Notes under the pieces: generated by a model
Told to the model about the DNA's origin: nothing
The model's input: only the letters and a program-made list of their open reading frames with translations
Databases searched by the model: none
Part shown: positions 45,641 through 54,161 of the stretch, one piece after another
Numbering within the stretch: position 1 is the stretch's first letter
Layout of the letters: every line of letters begins with the position of its first letter
Assembly: GCA_043819555.1 (NCBI GenBank)
Contig: JBDREQ010000063.1
Coordinates: 117,486-181,485 of the forward strand
Direction of reading: 5' to 3'
Length of the DNA stretch: 64,000 nt
Source of the DNA: Candidatus Zixiibacteriota bacterium
GTDB taxonomy: Bacteria > Zixibacteria > MSB-5A5 > GN15 > JAAZOE01
Program-made: the position numbers and the translations under genes

Positions 45641-46942
45641 TCAATATCCAAATCTAGGGTTGACAACATTATTATAGATTGATCCGAAGCTGTAACTAAG
45701 GCCAAATGACATGTAATATCTATAGCTTGTAGGCAATTCAATATTGCCGAATAGTACATCGGTTATTTGAACGTCATCTTCACTAATTGCAAGAGAAATT
45801 TGATCCTGAATTTTCGAGTAATCTCCATAAATATTAAATGACAATCCTTCATATAATCTAACGGACAACTCGCCATCAAGACTAAAGTTATACATAGATA
45901 AATCATATAAATAGTGAGCTAATGAAGCGCCAATTTCAGCTTTCCCCCAGGGTTCAATCATTTCAAGCGATATGTCCAGATGGTCACGCCCGATCCACTC
46001 ATTATATTTTCCCAGAATGGTCAGTTTTTCATAGTCATAATATTTAAAGCCAAGAAGATAAGCAAATCTTAATTGTCGTCTTGTTGATTCAGAGTAGGGA
46101 AAGAGATTATACTCAATAGCTGGGAAGATTTCGGTGCAAAATTTTATATTACTATATGACGATGTATAAGCTTCTACATAAAATCCTGCCGACCAATGTT
46201 CGCCCAAGTTAAAATATACCAATCCATAGCTATTTTTACTATTTGTGCTTGTTGTTGTGTCCTTTGTTATCAGGTGGTCTTGACTATCGTTTTCGGAATA
46301 TTCATACCAGTTTTGATTATAGCTTCCACTAAAAGAAAATTGCATTCGGATCTCCTCTGTAACTCTTTTTGCTGAAATATTCCCATGCAAGCTTAAATTA
46401 CGGCGTGATCTTTCTCCATTCATCCAAACGTCACTTCCAATACTAAACACCCAGTAATTCCATTTATCTTTCACTTCTTCTTTCTTGATCGGGGATGAAT
46501 AAGAAACAGAAAGATACTCAAGTTGGGGCGTCCGAGCTAAATATCTTACAAGCCCGGCGTTAATCTTTTTAACCAGACCCTCTCTAATCATGTCCTCCGT
46601 GTCTGATTCACCGGAGTAATAGACTAAAGTATCCCGCATTTCATTAAATTGGCCTTGCCCTATAAATTCAATGGTATATTCATTTCCCCCACTGCCAGTA
46701 TGCTGAAGGGTAATTAGAATATGAATGTCAGCCTGTTTGCGGTCGCGGACAAAATTGGCCATCGTAATATTTTCACGAAAATAATCAGAGCCCCCAAATG
46801 GGCCATCAACAAATATATTGATGGTGTTGTCGGTAGTTGCTTCGATTGCATCGTTTGCCCCCTGAGCCGAAATCAAACCGGCCAAAACAATCATTGCCAT
46901 AGCCAAAACTATTGAAGTTCGAAGTTGAGCTGCAGGTATCAT
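45641..46942 (-). CDS. Probable outer-membrane beta-barrel protein of unknown function
   Basis: Signal peptide, aromatic-rich alternating strands, C-terminal FGLSYSFGSIYNNVVNPRFGY. Confidence 0.7.
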   Translation of the reverse strand: MIPAAQLRTSIVLAMAMIVLAGLISAQGANDAIEATTDNTINIFVDGPFGGSDYFRENITMANFVRDRKQADIHILITLQHTGSGGNEYTIEFIGQGQFNEMRDTLVYYSGESDTEDMIREGLVKKINAGLVRYLARTPQLEYLSVSYSSPIKKEEVKDKWNYWVFSIGSDVWMNGERSRRNLSLHGNISAKRVTEEIRMQFSFSGSYNQNWYEYSENDSQDHLITKDTTTSTNSKNSYGLVYFNLGEHWSAGFYVEAYTSSYSNIKFCTEIFPAIEYNLFPYSESTRRQLRFAYLLGFKYYDYEKLTILGKYNEWIGRDHLDISLEMIEPWGKAEIGASLAHYLYDLSMYNFSLDGELSVRLYEGLSFNIYGDYSKIQDQISLAISEDDVQITDVLFGNIELPTSYRYYMSFGLSYSFGSIYNNVVNPRFGY

Positions 46943-47142
46943 TTTTCCTCCAGGAAACGGAAACGCAATTAATATAAGTTATTGAGAAAAGGTCAACCGG
47001 AACAAGTTTGAATTATAACAGATTTTCTTCAATAAAGCAATGTCATTTAATGCCAAAGCAAAGGCTATTGGAATAGAATGGCAATTGCCATTGACTTGGT
47101 TTTGTCTACCATTTATGTTCGTCTCAAATCGGAGGTGAGGAG

Positions 47143-48687
47143 ATGTTTAAGATTTCACAAGCGGTACTTTTTGTTCTTATTTTTTCCTTATTTGCATTCG
47201 AATTTGCTTATTCTCAGGACAATAAGAATACGGAAAGCAAAGAAGGGAAAAAGCCGACCAAAACAGAAGTAAAAGAAAATTTGATTGAAGCCACCCATGA
47301 AATTGTAATCGATGGCAAAAAAATCGAATATAAATCTATCACGGGAACAATGCCGTTGAAAATTGACACCAAAGACGTAATCGCTGAAGTATTTTTTATC
47401 GCTTATTTTCGCACTGATGCCAAAGATCCGGCCCGGCGTCCGATAACTTTTTCTTTTAATGGCGGTCCGGGTTCATCATCGGTCTGGCTGCACATGGGGC
47501 TTTTAGGACCGCGCCGAGTTCTGATGACTCCGGATGGCGGCGCTTTACCGCCCCCGTATGAGTTGACCGACAATGAATATTCGCTTCTCGATAAAACCGA
47601 TTTGATTTTTATCGATCCGGTCAGTACCGGTTTCAGCCGCGCCGTCGAAGGCGAGGATCCCAAACAGTTTCATGGTGTTGACGAGGATATTTCCTCCGTC
47701 GGTGAATTTATCCGTTTGTGTTTGACTAAATACGAACGTTGGAGCTCGCCCAAGTTTTTAATCGGTGAAAGTTACGGGACCCTTCGCGCGGCCGGGCTTT
47801 CCGATTATCTGCAGGGGCGGCACGGCATGTATCTGAACGGCATCATTCTTGTCTCATCAATATTGCAATTTCAAACTGCCCGCTTTTCGGCCGGAAACGA
47901 CCTGCCCTATATCCTCTTTTTACCCACCTATACCGCGACGGCCTGGTACCACAAGCGGCTCGATGACGATTTGCAGGCGGATTTAAAAGCCACCTTAAAC
48001 CAGGTTGAGGAATTTGCCCTGGGAGAATACGCCACCGCCCTGCTAATGGGCGATAAATTGCCCGATAATAAATATAATGAGATTGTGGCAAAACTGGCTC
48101 GCTATACCGGACTTTCGGAAGAATATGTCAGACAAACCAACATACGCATTATGATCTACCGTTTCGTCAAAGAATTGCTGCGCGATGAGCACAGAACTGT
48201 TGGCCGTCTCGATAGCCGTTTCATAGGAATCGATTCGGATGCAGCAGGGGAGGGCGTCGATTATGATCCCAGTTATGACGCTGTAATTCTGGGCCCCTAT
48301 TCCACGACGTTTAATGATTATGTTCGCCGGGAGTTGAAATTCGAAAGTGAATTGCCTTATGAAATCTTAACCGGCCGCGTGCAGCCCTGGAGCTACAAGA
48401 GCTATCAGAATCGCTATGTTAATACGGCCGAAAACCTCCGCGAAGCGATGACAAAAAATCCTTATCTGAAAGTTTTTGTCGCCAACGGTTATTACGATTT
48501 GGCCACGCCTTATTTTGCGACCCGGCATACCTTCAATCATCTCGGCCTGGATAAAAGCCTCAGGAGTAATGTCACTATGGGCTATTATGAAGCGGGTCAC
48601 ATGATGTACATTCGCGAAGCCTCTCTGCAAAAATTGAGGGGAGACCTGGCTGCTTTTTTGGAGAATGCGGCCAACCAGAGAGAATAA
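47143..48687 (+). CDS. Exported peptidase S10 (serine carboxypeptidase)
   Basis: FNGGPGSSS, IDPVSTGFS, GESYG, GYYDLATP, AGHMMY; signal peptide. Confidence 0.92.
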   Translation: MFKISQAVLFVLIFSLFAFEFAYSQDNKNTESKEGKKPTKTEVKENLIEATHEIVIDGKKIEYKSITGTMPLKIDTKDVIAEVFFIAYFRTDAKDPARRPITFSFNGGPGSSSVWLHMGLLGPRRVLMTPDGGALPPPYELTDNEYSLLDKTDLIFIDPVSTGFSRAVEGEDPKQFHGVDEDISSVGEFIRLCLTKYERWSSPKFLIGESYGTLRAAGLSDYLQGRHGMYLNGIILVSSILQFQTARFSAGNDLPYILFLPTYTATAWYHKRLDDDLQADLKATLNQVEEFALGEYATALLMGDKLPDNKYNEIVAKLARYTGLSEEYVRQTNIRIMIYRFVKELLRDEHRTVGRLDSRFIGIDSDAAGEGVDYDPSYDAVILGPYSTTFNDYVRRELKFESELPYEILTGRVQPWSYKSYQNRYVNTAENLREAMTKNPYLKVFVANGYYDLATPYFATRHTFNHLGLDKSLRSNVTMGYYEAGHMMYIREASLQKLRGDLAAFLENAANQRE

Positions 48688-48721
48688 TTAGGGACAACAG
48701 ATTTAATTAATTTCCAGAGAT

Positions 48722-48764
48722 AAAAATCAGCCGGAAAAAATCAAATTCCCGGCTGATTTTTTTT
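48722..48764 (+). terminator. Intrinsic terminator
   Basis: AAAAATCAGCCGG...CCGGCTGATTTTTTTT. Confidence 0.8.
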
Positions 48765-48888
48765 CAATAATATTGGTCAATCCGGTTTTATTTATTCCCA
48801 TTTCTCCCCGAGGGAACAAAATCTCTTTTCCAAAGGTTTTAACATAAGACAGGAACAAACATTGAATATGTTTTGAAAGCTGGTTGAT

Positions 48889-49830
48889 ATGTTAAAACTA
48901 AGCCAAATTACTTTTGGGGTGGCAATTGGCCTGCTATTACTATTTGAGGTTACGATAATGGCTGATGATAATAAAAACACGAAATATAATGAGCTGACTC
49001 CCGCCGAAACGGCGGTCATCATTCACAAAGGCACGGAACGCCCGTTCAGCGGAGAGTTTTATGACCATTCGGAAACAGGAACTTATGTCTGTAAACGCTG
49101 CGATGCGCCGCTTTATATGTCCCAGGATAAATTTGACGCTTCCTGCGGCTGGCCCAGCTTCGATGACGAAATAAAAGGCGCCATCAAACGGCAGACCGAT
49201 GCCGATGGGAAGAGAACTGAAATCCTGTGCGCCAATTGCGGCGCTCATTTGGGACATCTATTTTTGGGCGAGAGGCTCACCGACAAGAATACCCGCCATT
49301 GTGTCAATTCCATCTCTATGAAGTTTATTCCCGAAGAAAAACCCGTAAAATATCAAAAAGCGTATTTCGCGGGCGGATGTTTCTGGGGTGTTGAATACTA
49401 TTTGCAGAAGACCGACGGTGTTATATCGACTACTGTCGGTTATGTTGGAGGACAGACCGAAAATCCGTCTTACAAAGAAGTCTCCCATGAAAATACCGGC
49501 CATGCCGAGGCGGTCGAAGTTGTCTATGATCCCAGCCTGATAGATTTTGAGGCGTTGGCAAAACTGTTCTTTGAAATTCACGATCCGACTCAGGTAAATC
49601 GCCAGGGGCCGGATATTGGCAATCAATACCGTTCAGAAATTTTCTATACTGATGAAAATCAAAAGCAGGTTTCTGAAAAGCTGATCGGTATTTTGAAAAG
49701 CAAAGGTTATAAAGTCGCCACAGAATTAACTCCGGCGGGAGCTTTCTGGCCGGCTGAAGATTATCATCAGGATTATTATTCCAACAAAAACGGCCAGCCT
49801 TATTGTCATGTTTATGAAAAGAAGTTCTGA
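48889..49830 (+). CDS. msrAB: Bifunctional methionine sulfoxide reductase MsrB-MsrA
   Basis: GTERPF, CGWPSF, HLGH, RHCVNS (MsrB) followed by GGCFWG, HDPT, QYRS, AEDYHQDY (MsrA). Confidence 0.95.
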   Translation: MLKLSQITFGVAIGLLLLFEVTIMADDNKNTKYNELTPAETAVIIHKGTERPFSGEFYDHSETGTYVCKRCDAPLYMSQDKFDASCGWPSFDDEIKGAIKRQTDADGKRTEILCANCGAHLGHLFLGERLTDKNTRHCVNSISMKFIPEEKPVKYQKAYFAGGCFWGVEYYLQKTDGVISTTVGYVGGQTENPSYKEVSHENTGHAEAVEVVYDPSLIDFEALAKLFFEIHDPTQVNRQGPDIGNQYRSEIFYTDENQKQVSEKLIGILKSKGYKVATELTPAGAFWPAEDYHQDYYSNKNGQPYCHVYEKKF

Positions 49831-49984
49831 TTGATTTAGCCGCCTCAATTCATTCATATTGTAAGGCTTTGAATTCTTATTTTTATATTTCCCGAATCAA
49901 TTGCCCTGATTAATCGTATTCAGTATAATATCATTTAATAATACGGAGATTTTGTTCCTGTCAATTTCTTGCTTGGAGGAAATT

Positions 49985-52900
49985 ATGAGGCGGAGCTTCT
50001 TTTTATCTTATCTTTTTTTAATTCTGTTAGCCTGTTCGAGTTCATCTGTTATTTTGGCCGGCCTGGATGGAGCGTCGGGTGAGACCGGATATTATCGTTA
50101 TCCGGCCATCCATGGCGAAATCATTGTCTTTGTTGCCGAAGGCGACTTATGGAAAGTAAGCGTTAATGGCGGCACGGCACGCCGTTTGACGACTCATCCC
50201 GATCAGGAAACGCATCCCGCCATTTCGCCCGACGGAAAAATGATCGCCTTCACGGCCCGATACGAGGGGCCGGCGGATGTGTACGCTATGCCGATAGACG
50301 GCGGATTGCCAAAACGGTTGACCAGCAACAGCCGACCTTCATTCGTGCAGGGATGGTCGCCGGATGGAATGATTCTGTATTCGACCGGTTCTTTCTCGAC
50401 CCTTCCCAATACTCAAATAGTAAGTATAAGTCCATCCACCGCTCAATTTGATATTATCCCGCTCAGTCAGGCGGCTGACGGGGCATATCATTCCTCCGGC
50501 GATGTTTTTTATTTCACACGATTGCCGTTTCAGGGGAGTTATACCAAGCGATATCATGGAGGGTCCGCGCAGGATATTTGGAAATTTGAAGATGGTTTGG
50601 ACGAAGCGATCAATCTGACTAAAGATTATACCGGCACAAATAGTTCGCCGATGTACGATAATGGCCGGATTTATTTTCTGAGCGACCGCGATGGCATTAT
50701 GAATATCTGGTCTATGGATGAAAGCGGAAACGATAAGAAACAGCATACTTATCAATCCGGCTTCGACGCCAAATCCCCATCATTATCAAATGGTAAAATA
50801 GTCTATCAATCCGGCGCCGATTTATTCCTGTATGATATCACAACCAATACAGATAAAAAACTCGATATCCATCTCTCATCCGATTTCGACCACCTGCGGG
50901 AAAAATGGATAAAGGAACCGTTTACTTATTTGGAAAGTATGCATTTGTCGCCATCAAATGATAAAATCGTGATGACGGCGAGAGGCCGTGTCTTTGTCGC
51001 ACCGGTCGAGAAGGGACGCTTAATTGAAGCCACCCACGAAAACGGCATCCGTTATCGCGACGTTCAATTTTTGCCTGGAACCGATTCATTGATTGGTTTA
51101 TCCGATGCCTCGGGCGAGATGGAATTCTGGCAAATCCCCGGCGATGGAATTGGAAATCCGAAACAGCTTACGGATAATGGAAAAATATCGCGTTTTGACG
51201 GCATTCCATCCCCGGATGGAAAGTTTCTGGCTTACACCGACAAGGATCAAAAACTCTGGCTGTATGACATCAATGACAATTCGCATATTGTAATTGATAC
51301 CTCCGAAATTTATGATATCTCAAATGCTTTCTGGGCTCCAGATAATCGCTGGCTGGCGTACTGCAAGAACGTCGCTACTGATCTTTATCAAATCTTCATT
51401 TATAATGTAGAGGATAAATCAAAATTTGCTATAACATCAGAACGCTATGAAGACTACAGCCCATTCTGGAGCCCGGACGGAAAATGGCTCTATTTCCTGT
51501 CCGATCGAAATTTCCAACCCTTAACCGGCAGTCCATGGGGAACTCGCCAGCCGTTTACATCACTTGATAAGATGACAAAAATCTTCATGATTCCTCTGAA
51601 AAAGGACCAGATATCTCCATTCCAGCAGGAAAACGAACTATCCGCTAAAAAAGAAGAGGAATATGATAAGGATGACAAGGGTAAAAAGGATGAAAAGGAT
51701 GATAAAGACAAAGATGACGAGGAAGAAATATTCGTTATCTCGATAGATACCGACGGCATTATTTCGCGCCTGATGGAGGTCCCCGTTCCGGCCGGGAATT
51801 ATTTTTCAATGAGTGCGAATGATAAACAACTATTCTGGTTATCGCGGCCCATGCATGCCGATGGCAACGAGCTCCAGACAATTGAAATAAAAAATAAAGA
51901 TGCTGAAGTAAAAACGTTGCTTTCCGGAGTAAGAAGCTATGAATTATCTCAGGATGGGAAAATGCTGCTCGTCAGAAAAGGCGATGCCTTTTATGTCATC
52001 GAGGCCAAAACATCGGCCCCGTCAGAACTATCTGAACACAAAGTTGATCTGAGCGATTGGACCTTTACCGTCGATCCCAAACGGGAGTGGCGCCAGATGT
52101 TTATTGACGCCTGGCGGATGGAACGCGATTATTTCTACGACCCCAACATGCACGAACTGGATTGGGAAGGCATCCTCGATAAATATTTGCCACTGGTAGA
52201 CCGCGTAACCGATCGCAACGAACTTTCCGACCTCATCGGAGAAATGGTTGGCGAATTATCGACTCTTCATATATATGTTTTTGGAGGAGATTTCCGAAAA
52301 GGCGACGATGATATCAAAGCCGCTTCGCTGGGTGCTCTTTTGATGCGGGATGAGAAGCGGGGCGGTTTTCGAGTTGAATATATTTATAAATCCGACCCCG
52401 ACGAACCCCATACCGGCAGCCCCCTAAATGATCCCGGTGTAAATGTCAAAGAAGGAGATGTAATCGTTGAGGTTAATGGCGTGGCGGCCTTGTCCGTTCC
52501 GCAATTGGAGATATTGCTTCGCGGCCAGGTCGGGAATCAGGTTCGGATGAAAATTAAGCCATCCGGCAGCGGCGCGAACCGCGATGTTATTGTAAAGCCG
52601 ATTTCGTCCGGCGACATTAGAAACCTGCGCTATATCGATTGGGAATATACGCGGCGTCTGAAAGTCGAAGAAGACAGCGATGATGATATCGGGTATGTGC
52701 ACCTTAGAAATATGGGAACCGATAGTTATACCGCCTGGGTGCGCGACTTCTACTCGTCTCTGAATAAAAAAGGACTCATCGTCGATGTGCGCAATAATAC
52801 CGGCGGCAGCACCGATAGCTGGATTTTATCCTCATTGATTCGCAAACCGTGGGTTTACTGGAAATCGAGAACGGGCCGGCCATACCCAAATATGCAAAGT

Positions 52901-53296
52901 TCTTTCGGCGGTCATGTCGTCGTATTGTGTAATGAATGGACGGCATCCGACGGCGAGCTGTTCTGCGAAGGCATCAGGCAGCTTGGGATCGGAAAAGTCA
53001 TCGGCGTCCGCACCTGGGGCGGTGAAATATGGTTGTCTTATGGAAATCGCATGGTCGATCGGGGCATCGCGTCAGCGGCTCAATCCGGCCTTTATATCGA
53101 CGATAGCGAATGGGTCATCGAAGGACTTGGGTTTGAACCCGATATCGTCGTTGATAATCTGCCGCATGAAACGTTTAAGGGCAAAGATGCGCAACTGGAC
53201 GCGGCTATTGAATATCTGAAAGAACAGATTAGACTCCATCCGGTCGAAGTCCCCAAACCGCCGCCTTATCCGGATAAATCATTCAAGAAGAAATAA
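49985..53296 (+). CDS. Tricorn protease homolog (peptidase S41, beta-propellers + PDZ)
   Basis: PD40 repeats, RMERDYFYDPNMH, GYVHL, DVRNNTGG, ASDGE, GVRTWGG; ATG 49985 follows GGAGG. Confidence 0.93.
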   Translation: MRRSFFLSYLFLILLACSSSSVILAGLDGASGETGYYRYPAIHGEIIVFVAEGDLWKVSVNGGTARRLTTHPDQETHPAISPDGKMIAFTARYEGPADVYAMPIDGGLPKRLTSNSRPSFVQGWSPDGMILYSTGSFSTLPNTQIVSISPSTAQFDIIPLSQAADGAYHSSGDVFYFTRLPFQGSYTKRYHGGSAQDIWKFEDGLDEAINLTKDYTGTNSSPMYDNGRIYFLSDRDGIMNIWSMDESGNDKKQHTYQSGFDAKSPSLSNGKIVYQSGADLFLYDITTNTDKKLDIHLSSDFDHLREKWIKEPFTYLESMHLSPSNDKIVMTARGRVFVAPVEKGRLIEATHENGIRYRDVQFLPGTDSLIGLSDASGEMEFWQIPGDGIGNPKQLTDNGKISRFDGIPSPDGKFLAYTDKDQKLWLYDINDNSHIVIDTSEIYDISNAFWAPDNRWLAYCKNVATDLYQIFIYNVEDKSKFAITSERYEDYSPFWSPDGKWLYFLSDRNFQPLTGSPWGTRQPFTSLDKMTKIFMIPLKKDQISPFQQENELSAKKEEEYDKDDKGKKDEKDDKDKDDEEEIFVISIDTDGIISRLMEVPVPAGNYFSMSANDKQLFWLSRPMHADGNELQTIEIKNKDAEVKTLLSGVRSYELSQDGKMLLVRKGDAFYVIEAKTSAPSELSEHKVDLSDWTFTVDPKREWRQMFIDAWRMERDYFYDPNMHELDWEGILDKYLPLVDRVTDRNELSDLIGEMVGELSTLHIYVFGGDFRKGDDDIKAASLGALLMRDEKRGGFRVEYIYKSDPDEPHTGSPLNDPGVNVKEGDVIVEVNGVAALSVPQLEILLRGQVGNQVRMKIKPSGSGANRDVIVKPISSGDIRNLRYIDWEYTRRLKVEEDSDDDIGYVHLRNMGTDSYTAWVRDFYSSLNKKGLIVDVRNNTGGSTDSWILSSLIRKPWVYWKSRTGRPYPNMQSSFGGHVVVLCNEWTASDGELFCEGIRQLGIGKVIGVRTWGGEIWLSYGNRMVDRGIASAAQSGLYIDDSEWVIEGLGFEPDIVVDNLPHETFKGKDAQLDAAIEYLKEQIRLHPVEVPKPPPYPDKSFKKK

Positions 53297-53304
53297 AATC
53301 TCCA

Positions 53305-53332
53305 AGCCCGGTTTAACAGCCGGGTTTTTTTA
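53305..53332 (+). terminator. Intrinsic terminator
   Basis: GCCCGGT-TTAAC-AGCCGGGT followed by a T-tract. Confidence 0.75.
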
Positions 53333-53341
53333 TGCAACATT

Positions 53342-53510
53342 TTCCCTTCTTGAGAGGGGTGCCCGAAGGGTGGGGTGTGTTCCTCTTTATGCCCATGCCT
53401 ATGTCATTCCCGAGAGCGAAATCCCGTTAGGGGTGAAGCGAGTCGGAAATCCACATTGCGTTAAAAACCTCGTTGCTATTATCCTTCCGGTTTCGACACT
53501 CAGGATGAAT
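53342..53510. repeat. REP-like palindrome mosaic
   Basis: TTCCCTTCTTGAGAGGGGTGCCCGAAGGGTGGGGTGTGTT (first 20 nt 19/20 identical to 63830-63849), GTCATTCCCGA...TCGGAAATCC and CTCAGGATGA. Confidence 0.6.
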
Positions 53511-53516
53511 GCATCA

Positions 53517-54032
53517 TCAAAAGTTCCAACTAATCGCCAGACCGATACTTTTGTCTTCAGGCTTAGTTTTTACTTTCATCGAAATGTATAAATCATCCAA
53601 ATCAATCGGCTGGTCTGATTTAATCAACGAACCTAAGATATATCCCGGTACACTAAGAACAAGTCCGGAAAAACCAATGGCGTATCCAATGCCTTTGCCT
53701 TCCGGGTCATCCTTTACTTTCATGGTATGAATCAAATAATAAATAAGAGTGCCGCCGACAATCCCGACTACAAATCCTTCCTGCGCGTAATTTCCACGAC
53801 GGTAGGAGGAAGCGATATCATTGCGATTAATGAGAATATATTTGCCGGTTTTCAGATTGATGCTGATAGCATTGTCATTGGCAGTTTCATATTTGCCAAA
53901 ATGCGTGATACCATCTTTGGTAACGATTTTTAACTTTGTACCGGGCAGGATTTCTTTGGCGGACACAAACGAATTAATTATAAAAAGAGATAGGCAAAGT
54001 ACCACTAGAAGAAGTGATTTTTCCTTCCCCAA
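53517..54032 (-). CDS. Hypothetical exported/membrane protein
   Basis: TTG 54032 follows GGAGG; signal peptide, Sm-like N-domain pattern, Gly-rich hydrophobic hairpin, terminal aromatic strand ISWNF. Confidence 0.6.
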   Translation of the reverse strand: MGKEKSLLLVVLCLSLFIINSFVSAKEILPGTKLKIVTKDGITHFGKYETANDNAISINLKTGKYILINRNDIASSYRRGNYAQEGFVVGIVGGTLIYYLIHTMKVKDDPEGKGIGYAIGFSGLVLSVPGYILGSLIKSDQPIDLDDLYISMKVKTKPEDKSIGLAISWNF

Positions 54033-54161
54033 ATTTCCTCCTCGCCCCCAGGAATTCAAGTCGTCGAATAATAATTATACTGATAAAGATCGCGTCCTGC
54101 AAATGAAAAAGGCAGATATTTTAATCAATGACGGCCTTTTAATTTTATGTGATGGCATGAA

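Noticed and set aside
51645..51730. Purine-rich low-complexity tract
   Set aside because: It encodes the K/D/E-rich linker common in tricorn-like proteases.
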